From: a virus | Lineage: Duplodnaviria > Caudoviricetes | IMG/VR virus record: IMGVR_UViG_3300020048_000112 | Coordinates: 7,103 to 71,102 of that record | Length of the DNA: 64,000 bases | Direction: 5' to 3' (one strand) | In this document: in pieces, positions 30,659 through 39,880 of the stretch | Layout: the number at the start of each line of letters is the position of its first letter | Numbering within the stretch: the first letter of the stretch is position 1 | Notes under the pieces: generated by a model | The model's input: only the letters and a program-made list of their open reading frames with translations | The model's database searches: none | What the model was told of the DNA's origin: nothing | Program-made: the position numbers and the translations under genes

Positions 30659-30928
30659 ATGGAACGGGGTACAATACTCGATGAAGCAAAAACTATAATC
30701 AACGGTGAGCGTCAAGATACCAATGGTAATCCGGAGGACTCATTTGCTACCATAGCTGGCTTCTGGTCGGTATACATAAATGGTAAATTTAACACAGATA
30801 TTGCACTTCAACCTAAAGACGCTACTTTGATGATGACCCTCTTTAAAATTGCTCGGGAAACACATCAGGGTAAAAAGGACAACTTGGTTGATGCTGCAGG
30901 GTATCTAGGAATATCCGGGGATTTTTAA
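30659..30928 (+). CDS. DUF6378-like phage protein
   Basis: ILDEAKTIINGERQDTNGNPEDSFATIAGFW...KIARE...DNLVDAAGY pattern. Confidence 0.7.
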   Translation: MERGTILDEAKTIINGERQDTNGNPEDSFATIAGFWSVYINGKFNTDIALQPKDATLMMTLFKIARETHQGKKDNLVDAAGYLGISGDF

Positions 30929-30934
30929 ATGATA

Positions 30935-30962
30935 AGGCCTCCAGTTGGATTACTGGAGGCCT
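30935..30962. terminator. Convergent terminator hairpin
   Basis: AGGCCTCCAGT / ACTGGAGGCCT 11-bp stem between convergent genes. Confidence 0.75.
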
Positions 30963-30966
30963 CTTA

Positions 30967-31275
30967 TCAGTTCTTCAGGGCTTCCAGTTTAGGGGGCATA
31001 CGTATCTCCAACCCCATACTTTTTTTGATGTCATTGACACTTGAAACAACGTAATCAAGCCTTTCCTGCGTAACTGCTGCTGTAGTGCTTAAATTCTTAA
31101 TATCCTGCCGGCTTACTTCGATGGTAGTAGCCATACCACCTAGTCCAACAAACACAAAACAGGCTACAGCGATAATCCATTTAACCTGAAGGTTAAGTCT
31201 GTAGCAAACCAGACAGTTTTTATCACAGTCACCTATATCTGCCACCCTTCGTACTACGTGTCTTTGCTCACTCAT
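30967..31275 (-). CDS. Single-TM coiled-coil protein (possible lysis or membrane component)
   Basis: Hydrophobic WIIAVACFVFVGLGGMA followed by a coiled-coil. Confidence 0.5.
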   Translation of the reverse strand: MSEQRHVVRRVADIGDCDKNCLVCYRLNLQVKWIIAVACFVFVGLGGMATTIEVSRQDIKNLSTTAAVTQERLDYVVSSVNDIKKSMGLEIRMPPKLEALKN

Positions 31276-31661
31276 TTGTAGTTACTCCCTATACCTAAGA
31301 AGGCACCTAAGCGTACACCCCATAATCCCAGTAAACATTTGAACTCTTGGTCTTGTTCAATGTACTTTTTGATCAGGAAATAAATCATGTCGGCTTCTGC
31401 GCGTTCTTTAGCGTTTTTGCATAAACCACATAAGTAGTCATGCACGCATGAAGCTTTTATATTTTTATAGAATTTGGGGGCAATGAATCGAGCGAGAGGG
31501 GTATTAGGAGAGCTGGCGCCATTCCATACAAACCCTGATGGAACGATTGTACCGTTGAAGTTATAAGCACGAGTTAGCACCAAATATTCACTATTGCCCT
31601 GATGCATACAAATGACATTGTCATAGATATAGACAGTACCTTTATGTGTAAATTCGCCCAT
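31272..31661 (-). CDS. DUF1353-like phage protein
   Basis: TIVPSGFVWNGASSP...ASCVHDYLC...RAEADMIY...GVRLG pattern. Confidence 0.7.
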   Translation of the reverse strand: MGEFTHKGTVYIYDNVICMHQGNSEYLVLTRAYNFNGTIVPSGFVWNGASSPNTPLARFIAPKFYKNIKASCVHDYLCGLCKNAKERAEADMIYFLIKKYIEQDQEFKCLLGLWGVRLGAFLGIGSNYK

Positions 31662-31692
31662 GGATCACCAGTGAATTAATGTGTTATTTTAG

Positions 31693-33123
31693 CTAGGCGG
31701 CCAGCTCTTTATATCGCTCAATAAATATTTCTTTGGTGGGTCGCTGGATACCCTCCATGGCAATGATTGCTTCACCGAACAGCAATTGGAATACAGTCTC
31801 GAAAAAGATCATGTGATACTGGAATTCATTATTGCAAGTATGATAGAAAGCTACAGCATCTTGCGCCAGGCATCCACCACGACAGATTGGTAACACAGGG
31901 CAAGACAGACACTCAGGTCGACTATGCCAATGGGTAAATCCAATTACACCAAGGTTTGCTTCTTCAAAATTGTCGATAGTACCAATTACTCTAGGGGTTG
32001 AATGACAAGCAAGCACATCACCTTTAAGGCTGACACTCACATTGAATGGGCTGTCCATAGAACACTTCTGCTGGATGTTGTCATCAAGGTGAAATTTATC
32101 AGAGGTGATAAATTGCATCATACTCTGGACCTTGTGCTTCATGACTGAAACCTCATTGATCCTACCGTTGACTAAATGCCCTACGATTTCCCGGCGCAGC
32201 TCTAAATAGTCCTCCTGGGTGAACATTGTTTTAGCATCAAACTGGGCTTCGTCTTCAATAAGGACGATACCTTCAAAACCCACCTGTACTTTGGCTGGGT
32301 CACTAAACTTGCTCTTGATAAATGTGATAATTCCCGGCAGGTCATACCGACCTTTGGTAATGACAGCATTAAAATACAAAGGCTCAGAAGCATTATCAGC
32401 GTAGTACCTAAGAGCTTCCAGGGTATCTGATCCATCAGCTAAGGGATCTCCGGACCGATAGTCCAGCTGGCCAGGACCGTCATGTGACACTGCCAAAACG
32501 ATCTTGTGCTTGATAAACCAATCTATCTTTTCCTTGGTTACCAAAGAACCATTGGAAAGAACCGTGATCCTTGCATTGGGAAACTCATTTCGGAAATACT
32601 CACCCAAAAGTTGCAGAGTTTCCCAATAAACCAATGGCTCTCCACCCCACAATTCGATGCGGATCGGTTCTTTTCGATCAGTAGTGCAGAACACAGGAAA
32701 TTTTTCAATAAACCTGCGAGCGTCTTCAAGATTAGCATGGGGGTCGAGACTTTTATGCGCAGTCTGCTTGCAATATTGGCAGGTGAAATTACACGCCAAG
32801 CCCATTTGAATTTTGATTGTGCACAGATTCTTACTTTTTGTAGCTTGTGTGAGGCTGTACTTACTACGGCTATAGCATTCCCGGGCAGATGCTTCATGTT
32901 CGGCAAGATTATCACCGCGTTCATTACTTGCTGCTGCGTCCCTGTTTCTGCAGCTCTCTTCTGCTTCAGCCTTGGCTTTGTCCATGGCTTTGATTTCTTC
33001 CTCGGACAAAGAGACATCAACATCAATCTTTTCTCCATCTTCAGTGAAAAAATTGCAGCTCTTGTTATCCCACAGACGAGTGTTAAATGCCCCGTCAGCT
33101 GTTACCGAATGAATAGTTATCAT
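31693..33123 (-). CDS. Radical SAM enzyme with SPASM domain (peptide/protein maturase-like), ~476 aa
   Basis: CNFTCQYC (CxxxCxxC), WGGEPL, SPASM C-x13-G-x4-C (CSMDSPFNVSVSLKGDVLAC) and CLSCPVLPICRGGC-x11-C; AAGGT RBS before ATG 33123 (track start 33225). Confidence 0.92.
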   Translation of the reverse strand: MITIHSVTADGAFNTRLWDNKSCNFFTEDGEKIDVDVSLSEEEIKAMDKAKAEAEESCRNRDAAASNERGDNLAEHEASARECYSRSKYSLTQATKSKNLCTIKIQMGLACNFTCQYCKQTAHKSLDPHANLEDARRFIEKFPVFCTTDRKEPIRIELWGGEPLVYWETLQLLGEYFRNEFPNARITVLSNGSLVTKEKIDWFIKHKIVLAVSHDGPGQLDYRSGDPLADGSDTLEALRYYADNASEPLYFNAVITKGRYDLPGIITFIKSKFSDPAKVQVGFEGIVLIEDEAQFDAKTMFTQEDYLELRREIVGHLVNGRINEVSVMKHKVQSMMQFITSDKFHLDDNIQQKCSMDSPFNVSVSLKGDVLACHSTPRVIGTIDNFEEANLGVIGFTHWHSRPECLSCPVLPICRGGCLAQDAVAFYHTCNNEFQYHMIFFETVFQLLFGEAIIAMEGIQRPTKEIFIERYKELAA

Positions 33124-33136
33124 TGAATACCTTGTG

Positions 33137-33664
33137 TTAGAAATAGCAGTTACCATCACTGCAATTAGCGGTACAGTTGCAGTACCCGCTGTTATAGTTA
33201 CAATCAGATTGGAGCAGACAAGCACAATTACATCTCAAACCATCGCCTGTATCCCAGCTGCAATTACCCATATTAGGCTGATTGGCAGGGCATTCACAGT
33301 TCTGAGTACAGTTGCATTGGCAATTACAGTTTTGATATATCTTGCGCAAACGGACTGCCCTATCACCAGTTTTTTCAAGTGCCCACTCTTGGCCATACCA
33401 ATACTTGCGCGTGCCGGTTGCACTACCTTGAGTGGTGGTAGATGCAAACTCTGCTTGAGTAGCAGTAATTCCGGAATATGCAGGGGCATTCACGATCATT
33501 TCCCAATGGGTTCCCGTAGTGGGTATAACTCCAGAGAAATTATTCTGAGTAGCCTGGTAAGCGCAGTTGTTGTAGCGAACAATATCTTTGAGGCGGTAGG
33601 TTATGTTATTGTCATAGAACCCCATGAAACTCCCACCAGCAGTGAACATCGATATTTTACTCAT
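33137..33664 (-). CDS. Tail-associated protein: CBM5/12-like N-terminal module plus Cys/Asn-rich C-terminus (candidate rSAM substrate)
   Basis: YDNNITYRLKDIVRYNNCAYQATQNNFSGVIPTTGTHW module; last 63 aa contain 15 Cys. Confidence 0.75.
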   Translation of the reverse strand: MSKISMFTAGGSFMGFYDNNITYRLKDIVRYNNCAYQATQNNFSGVIPTTGTHWEMIVNAPAYSGITATQAEFASTTTQGSATGTRKYWYGQEWALEKTGDRAVRLRKIYQNCNCQCNCTQNCECPANQPNMGNCSWDTGDGLRCNCACLLQSDCNYNSGYCNCTANCSDGNCYF

Positions 33665-33671
33665 CGTTGCC

Positions 33672-34160
33672 TCACTGCATGTAGGTTACTGCAAGAATTT
33701 CTGATTTACGCCCTGGTGTAATATAGCCGGCGCTCTCAAAGTAATTCAAAGCAGTGAGCACAGTAGGGTGACTCAAATTGATCCGGGTTGTCCCATCCAT
33801 ATAACGCAGGAAAGCATTGATCAGTCGCTTAGATTCAACCGACAAATTTGTATCATCCTGGAAATTATAAAGGGCCACCATCTCAGCGAAGGTGAGCAGG
33901 CGAAGAAAATCGTCTTTATCCAGAGTGGTACTGGTGGAAGTAACTTGGTTTGCCATTCGCTGGGGGGACCAGAAAATACCATCATGAAAAAGAAATCCGG
34001 GAAAGATGTTTGGTGCGTTTTGCTGCCCAGTATTAGAGGCTACTACCAAGAATCCCGGGTGGGTTGCCTTAATGGTGGCCAAAGCATCTTGTTCAGGTTT
34101 GTCTGCATACACAACTAGATTGGTTGTCTTGTCGATAAAGTGATAAAGGTTCATAATCAT
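33672..34160 (-). CDS. Tail-fibre assembly/chaperone-like protein
   Basis: C-terminal LDKDDFLRLLTFAEMVAL...INLSHPTVLTALNYFESAGYITPGRKSEIL resembles small proteins found next to tail fibres; overlaps the upstream gene by 4 nt. Confidence 0.5.
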   Translation of the reverse strand: MIMNLYHFIDKTTNLVVYADKPEQDALATIKATHPGFLVVASNTGQQNAPNIFPGFLFHDGIFWSPQRMANQVTSTSTTLDKDDFLRLLTFAEMVALYNFQDDTNLSVESKRLINAFLRYMDGTTRINLSHPTVLTALNYFESAGYITPGRKSEILAVTYMQ

Positions 34161-34447
34161 CTCGGTTTGTTAAGGGTTATTGTAGAACCATCAGAAGTCA
34201 GGGTAAACGATGATGGTGTGACACCAGATCCTGATGTACTGACAGCGATTGATGGTACCGTGGTGAATAGGCTGAAATACATTGCATTGGTGGGGACGTT
34301 ACCCACTGATTTTTTAATGCATATGTATATGGAATTATTATACGTTACCAAATTATTCGGGAAATACGTTGTGCCCGCTGCATATGTTTCCCGATACTGC
34401 AGCCTACCTTGTTCGTAATCAGAGATTAAACTCATATTGTCACCCAC
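34157..34447 (-). CDS. Small tail-associated protein with CBM5/12-like module
   Basis: YAAGTTYFPNNLVTYNNSIYICIKKSVGNVPT. Confidence 0.55.
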   Translation of the reverse strand: MGDNMSLISDYEQGRLQYRETYAAGTTYFPNNLVTYNNSIYICIKKSVGNVPTNAMYFSLFTTVPSIAVSTSGSGVTPSSFTLTSDGSTITLNKPR

Positions 34448-35991
34448 CCGTAAGCTGCGCCTGAATAAAACAATTTCACAGTTATCCCAAGGATATCAAT
34501 GGTTAAGTTCTCTTCTAAACCATTAATTCTTGAGCCATTCCTATCAATGACACATGTGTTTACACTGGAAAAATTTACTACGGAAAGAGTTGCCCCAATC
34601 GTTGGGCCTAATGGGAGGGTCAGAGTTGCTGACGCAGCAAGAATATGCAGATAGTTTTCTGTTGCACCAGCACTGGCATTTAAAACCACTGCTCCAATAA
34701 GAGCATTGGATGCCATGGTGCTGATTAAGTGCAACCCACTATCCGTCCTTGCCCGACTAAAAGTGGTTAGATTGGTTACAATCCAGCCATCAGCTACACT
34801 GGCATAGGTGAAGATTACTCTCTGGCTGGGTGTATTTAGTAACAGGTCACTGGCCATGACTTCGCCGTGAACCACTAAGCCCGTGGTTACGACCGTGCAG
34901 GGGTGCACACCGAAAGTATTCTTTAAATCAGCAATGGCTACTGTATCCCCAATTTCCGGATTAGCATGGAAGGTTACTATTCTATTTCCACTGGCAGTAT
35001 TTAATAGAATACCTATGCCGGCTTGAGTCGTGACATCGATTGCAGACTCAATCCAAGACATTCCTCCGCCGCTACCGCCAGATCCGACAGGAACCCAGCC
35101 TGTACCGTTGAATCCCTCAAAGGATACTTCGTCCAAGTTGAAGCGCATATGCCCAGCACTTGGCACCAGATCTCTTTGTAAAGTAGTACCCGCAGGTATG
35201 ATCGCAGATCCATCATAGCCAGTTTTCAGCACTGCATTTTCAGCAACATATGCTGTATTGGCAATCTGAATGGTGTTCGATCCCTCTTCTGCAGTGGGCG
35301 CCGTAGGAATACCTGTAAGCACAACACTGTTTGTACCAATAGGGGCAGAAAGTGAAATAATCCAGTCATCAAAAGTACCAATACCATTAACAAGGTCGAC
35401 AACAAAAATGAGTTCACCGGTTACGGTGTCATAGCTTTCAATGATACCATGCACCCAATTAGCCGTAGGAGTGCTACCAGCAGCAATAACAATGGACATG
35501 CCAGGTATAAGGTTCTTACCTGCCTGAATGCCCAGTGTATGGGTACCTGCGCTGATTTCCATCACGGTGTTGCTGCTTGCGTTAGTGCTGGGCAAACCGA
35601 CCAATGTGGCTACACTTATGGAAGCCTCATAAGCGTAAAGCTCTGCAGCGTCTGCAGCGGTAAGCGCTCTTTCTTTAGCATTTACTGATGTAAGAGAATA
35701 TCCCTGAGCCTGATTCCTGTAGGTCTGGGACAAAGTAGCATTCTGCGAAGATTCATTTGCTCGGGCAGTAGCAGTTACTACACTGTTTGAAGCAGATGTC
35801 GCAAAAGCACTTGCGGATGTTTTGTAACCAAATGCGTCATTTACCCAGCCGGCCACATCAGCGTGCATATTGTTGACTGACGCGACGTTATTACTGGTCT
35901 GGTCCACTGCTAGGTCTAACGCAGCTTTGCCATCAGTAACGGCGTCAAGCAATGATGTAGTCGCACTAGTAAGATCGTCTATTGTTGCCAT
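34432..35991 (-). CDS. Tail fibre protein (519 aa)
   Basis: Ala/Ser/Thr-rich shaft; LTGIPTAPTA...NTIQIANTAYV fibre repeat; AGTTLQR...RFNLDEVSFEGFNGTGW; two C-terminal beta modules ending YSGAAYGWV. Confidence 0.85.
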   Translation of the reverse strand: MATIDDLTSATTSLLDAVTDGKAALDLAVDQTSNNVASVNNMHADVAGWVNDAFGYKTSASAFATSASNSVVTATARANESSQNATLSQTYRNQAQGYSLTSVNAKERALTAADAAELYAYEASISVATLVGLPSTNASSNTVMEISAGTHTLGIQAGKNLIPGMSIVIAAGSTPTANWVHGIIESYDTVTGELIFVVDLVNGIGTFDDWIISLSAPIGTNSVVLTGIPTAPTAEEGSNTIQIANTAYVAENAVLKTGYDGSAIIPAGTTLQRDLVPSAGHMRFNLDEVSFEGFNGTGWVPVGSGGSGGGMSWIESAIDVTTQAGIGILLNTASGNRIVTFHANPEIGDTVAIADLKNTFGVHPCTVVTTGLVVHGEVMASDLLLNTPSQRVIFTYASVADGWIVTNLTTFSRARTDSGLHLISTMASNALIGAVVLNASAGATENYLHILAASATLTLPLGPTIGATLSVVNFSSVNTCVIDRNGSRINGLEENLTIDILGITVKLFYSGAAYGWVTI

Positions 35992-36009
35992 TATGCTTTT
36001 AACCTCCCA

Positions 36010-36360
36010 TTATACGAATGTGTTATATTTGGCTACAATAGCCTGAGTGCGTATTAAATTGTAGGCCATGTCAAATATGCTGGACTCAATCTCATTTTGT
36101 TTATCTGTGACATACTTAGCTGCTTCATCGATAGCAGTGATGCTACCAAACATGGTAACGATCTCCAGGTGCACAGTATTTACCGAGCTGGCATAACCAG
36201 CAAGAATCGGCAGGTCTTCATGTGCTTGCTTCGCAGATGATACGGCAGTCTCCAACCAAGGTAAGGCATTGGCTACACTTAAAATTATGTCATACTTAGT
36301 GCCTATATACTTATCTGCCAGGTACCCGGCGGAATTTGCACTTATTGGACTTATATCCAT
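36010..36360 (-). CDS. Virion/tail-associated hypothetical protein
   Basis: 116-aa ORF; ADKYIGTKYDIILSVANAL resembles N-termini of N4-like tail proteins. Confidence 0.55.
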   Translation of the reverse strand: MDISPISANSAGYLADKYIGTKYDIILSVANALPWLETAVSSAKQAHEDLPILAGYASSVNTVHLEIVTMFGSITAIDEAAKYVTDKQNEIESSIFDMAYNLIRTQAIVAKYNTFV

Positions 36361-36361
36361 G

Positions 36362-37084
36362 TTATATCCATCCCTTTGATCTAAAATTTTCAGCAGAACT
36401 ATTGTTGTCGTTTGCTAAAACATTCTCAATTTCCAAGCGTTTACACTCCAGCTCGTATTTGAATTCATAGCTGCGACTTGCGCTTGTCTCACTCTCTTCT
36501 CCGTTGATACCCTTGTATGCCTGGGCTGCAATGCGAGCGTACAGTGCGTCTAAGATAGCATCAGTAATGTTTAGCTGAATGGTTTCAGGATCATCAGTGG
36601 ACTCAACAACCAATTTAGGAAATCTTGCCCGGTACTTAATCCAAAGTGCCTGGGGCATGTCTCCTGTAGGCAATGCAGTTACAACATCAAATTCAGGAGT
36701 AAATATTGGATAGTGTTGGTGGCTGTCATTAATTGGAAAATTTTCTCCTAACTCAGAGTACACACTTTCAATTTTTATAATGTCAGCTTTAAAAGGGTTA
36801 TCAAACGTATCAACGATAAATTTTATAGGTTCAGTGGAACCAATGTTGCTGTATGCAAATGGCACTCTCAAGGGGTACCTTGTCATGTTCCGGTGGAGTT
36901 GGATTACAACTTCATCCACACGTAGTAAGAATCTTTTATACAAAGCCGTTAAAGCCAGGTTGACGTAAGAAGTCACTTTTGCATAGGAAGTAGTCTTTAT
37001 GCGCTGGGTTGTATGGTCCACCAAAGGTAGATTGGCCAGAACACCCATAGCAAGGTCATCAAACATTTCTTGTAATGTTACCAT
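36362..37084 (-). CDS. N4 gp67-like head-tail adaptor
   Basis: YVNLALTALYKRFLL, DIIKIESVY, C-terminal FRSKGWI; directly downstream of terminase. Confidence 0.8.
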   Translation of the reverse strand: MVTLQEMFDDLAMGVLANLPLVDHTTQRIKTTSYAKVTSYVNLALTALYKRFLLRVDEVVIQLHRNMTRYPLRVPFAYSNIGSTEPIKFIVDTFDNPFKADIIKIESVYSELGENFPINDSHQHYPIFTPEFDVVTALPTGDMPQALWIKYRARFPKLVVESTDDPETIQLNITDAILDALYARIAAQAYKGINGEESETSASRSYEFKYELECKRLEIENVLANDNNSSAENFRSKGWI

Positions 37085-37135
37085 ATATGCTCCAGAGATT
37101 AATTTAATTAATCCAGTTTAAACCAATTAATTTAA

Positions 37136-38728
37136 TTATACAATATATGATTCTAATCTTGCATTATTTTTGGTATCTTCTTCAATCTCCCATATATCAT
37201 CGCTTGACTGATGCATCTCTACTTCTTCACTGGGTTTCCATGTAGTAAGACTACCAAGCATAGAGATACTATCAATACAGTCATCATGTTTACTCTTGAA
37301 GCCGGCAAGTGATGCAAGACCGAGTTCTTCCATGAACTCAGTCATTATAGGGGTAAGCTTCATTTCTTCCGGAAAGAATACTTGTCCTGCCTTGAAGTAA
37401 GGTAGGACAATATTAAAGCGTACCATCTTGTTGGTATTGGGTTTTATACCAGGCTTGCTCTCATTACCGTCAGAGGCTAGATTGAAATAAATATTGCGGG
37501 TCATCATTTGGTCTTGGATCCAAGGAATAAACCCACCCTGCTGACCACTCACCTCTATACCTACCTGCTGTGGTTTATATTTTTGAGCCAAGAGAAAAAG
37601 ATCATCTATATTCTTGTTCATCAGCTGCTTGCGGCAAATACCATCTACCCAAAACCAGTAGCCTTTCCAGTTGAGTGCCCACACGGATATAACAGAATAA
37701 TCTGCACTGTCCTTCTCAGACGTAGCAAAGTCAGTGGTTATATAAAAATTGAACTTACCTTTTTGGCTTAGGAGGTTAGCTCGCTTGTACCACTTGATTT
37801 CAGCAGTAGTGATCAAGCGTTCTTCATCAGACATGATGCGTAGCATCAACTCTTGATTGAATGTGGCGATCTTACCGGTAGCCAAGGCCTTGTCATACTT
37901 TGCCTTCACATAGGCATAAGGGAATCGGTCCGGCCAGCAGCTTATAAACTCCTCTTCGGTACAGGGGAATCTCTCACAAATGGGGTACACATTGACTGCC
38001 CAGGCTCCTGACTCAACAGCCTTATACAGGGGATCTCTTGCATTAAAGGGTGTACCTGACCAGATGATCTTCTGCCTTGCAGGGTGCAATGCGTAATCAA
38101 TAGCCTTATATACTGTGTCCTCGATACTCGATATAACCGTGGCCGACCGGGCATCTTCATCTGAGAGTAAGTCATCAAGGATAGCAAGCACGGGACGCTT
38201 GCCCATTTCCTTACTACCCCTGACTCCGGTTTTTGCACCATAACCCTTTACAATAAAGGTATTGCCATCAGCATTGGTAAACTCCCATCGTATATCAGTG
38301 AACCTGGTATTAGGTACATATTGCTGCAGGAATGGTGAGTTCTCCCATCTATACTCAAGGTTCTTCCTCATGTTCTTGACACCGTTCTCTATGCTATCTG
38401 AAACATAGAGGGCCAGCTCTACCTTACCAAAGCATGGCAATACCCCATACACAGCAAGGTACAAGAACAGGTACTCAGCAAGAATAGTCGTCTTTGCAGT
38501 ACCCCGGGCACACATATTAGCTATGTTCTGCTCCGGTCCTACAATCTGATCCAGGATCTTATAATGAATTACCGGTGTAAGATTCTCTTCTCCAGAAGAA
38601 CCATTTACTAGCTTAATAAAATTGACAAATTCAAGAGCAAAATCACTAGGTACATATTTAGGATCTACCTTGTAATTAATTGCATTAAGAAATCCCTCTA
38701 CCGATTGAGCTACTCTCGCTTCAGACAT
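37136..38728 (-). CDS. Terminase large subunit (N4 gp68-like)
   Basis: CARGTAKTT (Walker A), ILDDLLSD (Walker B), WSGTPF, TTDFATSE and KHDDCID nuclease motifs. Confidence 0.95.
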   Translation of the reverse strand: MSEARVAQSVEGFLNAINYKVDPKYVPSDFALEFVNFIKLVNGSSGEENLTPVIHYKILDQIVGPEQNIANMCARGTAKTTILAEYLFLYLAVYGVLPCFGKVELALYVSDSIENGVKNMRKNLEYRWENSPFLQQYVPNTRFTDIRWEFTNADGNTFIVKGYGAKTGVRGSKEMGKRPVLAILDDLLSDEDARSATVISSIEDTVYKAIDYALHPARQKIIWSGTPFNARDPLYKAVESGAWAVNVYPICERFPCTEEEFISCWPDRFPYAYVKAKYDKALATGKIATFNQELMLRIMSDEERLITTAEIKWYKRANLLSQKGKFNFYITTDFATSEKDSADYSVISVWALNWKGYWFWVDGICRKQLMNKNIDDLFLLAQKYKPQQVGIEVSGQQGGFIPWIQDQMMTRNIYFNLASDGNESKPGIKPNTNKMVRFNIVLPYFKAGQVFFPEEMKLTPIMTEFMEELGLASLAGFKSKHDDCIDSISMLGSLTTWKPSEEVEMHQSSDDIWEIEEDTKNNARLESYIV

Positions 38729-39419
38729 CGAGTTCCTCTAAGGTAGTATCAATGACCAGCTTACTATGAGCAATGTCAAGAGCAGTCACGCCGGCAGCAA
38801 GAAGCTCCTTCTGCTGTTCCACCAGGGCGAGGGTACTATCCCTTAATGTCTTAATCGTAGAATCTTCCTTCATACCAATCTGAAGCTCTATCTTCTTTGT
38901 CTCGGGTGGCTTCAGATGGGTAAGCAGGCTATTGGCGGCATCACACCGTACCTTTGGGCTAACGTCCTCATTCACCATCAAGGCCGCCTGCACGTTTAAC
39001 GCCTTCTGGAACAATGGGGCATTCAGTATATGTGTTGGTATGAGTGCCTGCTCAAAGATGAGATTAACTAGCTTGCTTTTATTATAGGCCGTGCAATAAC
39101 TGGATATGTCCTTTGAGGAGACACCCTCTATTAAGAATTGTTGATACTTATCTGGAAATGTTTTGATATAGGCATCAAGATTACTTGACCCCATAACCTT
39201 GAATCCCACATACTTTACGGCACTGATATAACTAGATAGCTTAAACTTCCCTTCACGAAGTACCCCGGTAAAGCTGATCAAATTCTCTTTATAGATTTCC
39301 ATAGCCTCATGATCGGCCATGGAAGTGTTCACAGTATCAATTAACTCCTGGTTAACAGTAGACTTAATGTGCGCTGGTAATGCATTTTTAAACTGATCAA
39401 CAGTAAGCAATTCATTCAT
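38721..39419 (-). CDS. N4 gp69-like protein (putative small terminase)
   Basis: AAGGAG RBS before ATG 39419; YKENLISFTGVLREGKFK, AYNKSKLVNLIFEQ, VSPKVRCDAANSLLTHLKPPE. Confidence 0.85.
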   Translation of the reverse strand: MNELLTVDQFKNALPAHIKSTVNQELIDTVNTSMADHEAMEIYKENLISFTGVLREGKFKLSSYISAVKYVGFKVMGSSNLDAYIKTFPDKYQQFLIEGVSSKDISSYCTAYNKSKLVNLIFEQALIPTHILNAPLFQKALNVQAALMVNEDVSPKVRCDAANSLLTHLKPPETKKIELQIGMKEDSTIKTLRDSTLALVEQQKELLAAGVTALDIAHSKLVIDTTLEELDV

Positions 39420-39514
39420 TTTTAACGTATACTCCTTTTGTTGTTTACGTATTAGTGTATAGGCTGTATATGGTAATCCATAAGTAAACATTTTAATATA
39501 ATTTAATTACTGTC

Positions 39515-39589
39515 GACTTTATTTATACATTAACAACCTTCAAGCACCGGCTACGCCGGACCATTGATTGTTAATGTATAAATAAAGTC
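39515..39589. repeat. Perfect 22-bp inverted repeat enclosing a 5-bp/3-nt-loop mini-hairpin
   Basis: GACTTTATTTATACATTAACAA (39515-39536) and TTGTTAATGTATAAATAAAGTC (39568-39589); CCGGC-TAC-GCCGG at 39547-39559. Confidence 0.95.
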
Positions 39590-39638
39590 TAACTGACCTG
39601 GAAGACCTAGCTAACTAACAATTTAGAGAGGATTATCA

Positions 39639-39827
39639 ATGACTAAAGATGAATGGAACGAGAAGTTAGACACTCTATGTACTGCAGTAACTACAGCACA
39701 TAAAGACCTTATCCTTCACGTTGAGGGACTACCGGCAGTGAGTGACATCAAGGATGTCGACATGGAAGAGTTCATGGCAGTATTCCAGGTAAAGATGAAC
39801 CGAGTACAGCGGGCAATAACGACATAG
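39639..39827 (+). CDS. Hypothetical protein
   Basis: GAGGA RBS; 62 aa. Confidence 0.6.
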   Translation: MTKDEWNEKLDTLCTAVTTAHKDLILHVEGLPAVSDIKDVDMEEFMAVFQVKMNRVQRAITT

Positions 39828-39880
39828 ATTACTAAGTTCTTGAACCAAGAACAAAAACCTTAACTTGCATAAGGATTACA

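Noticed and set aside
33134-33721. Plus-strand 195-aa track ORF opposite the Cys-rich gene
   Set aside because: Antisense shadow; the minus-strand ORF fits the operon and has an RBS.
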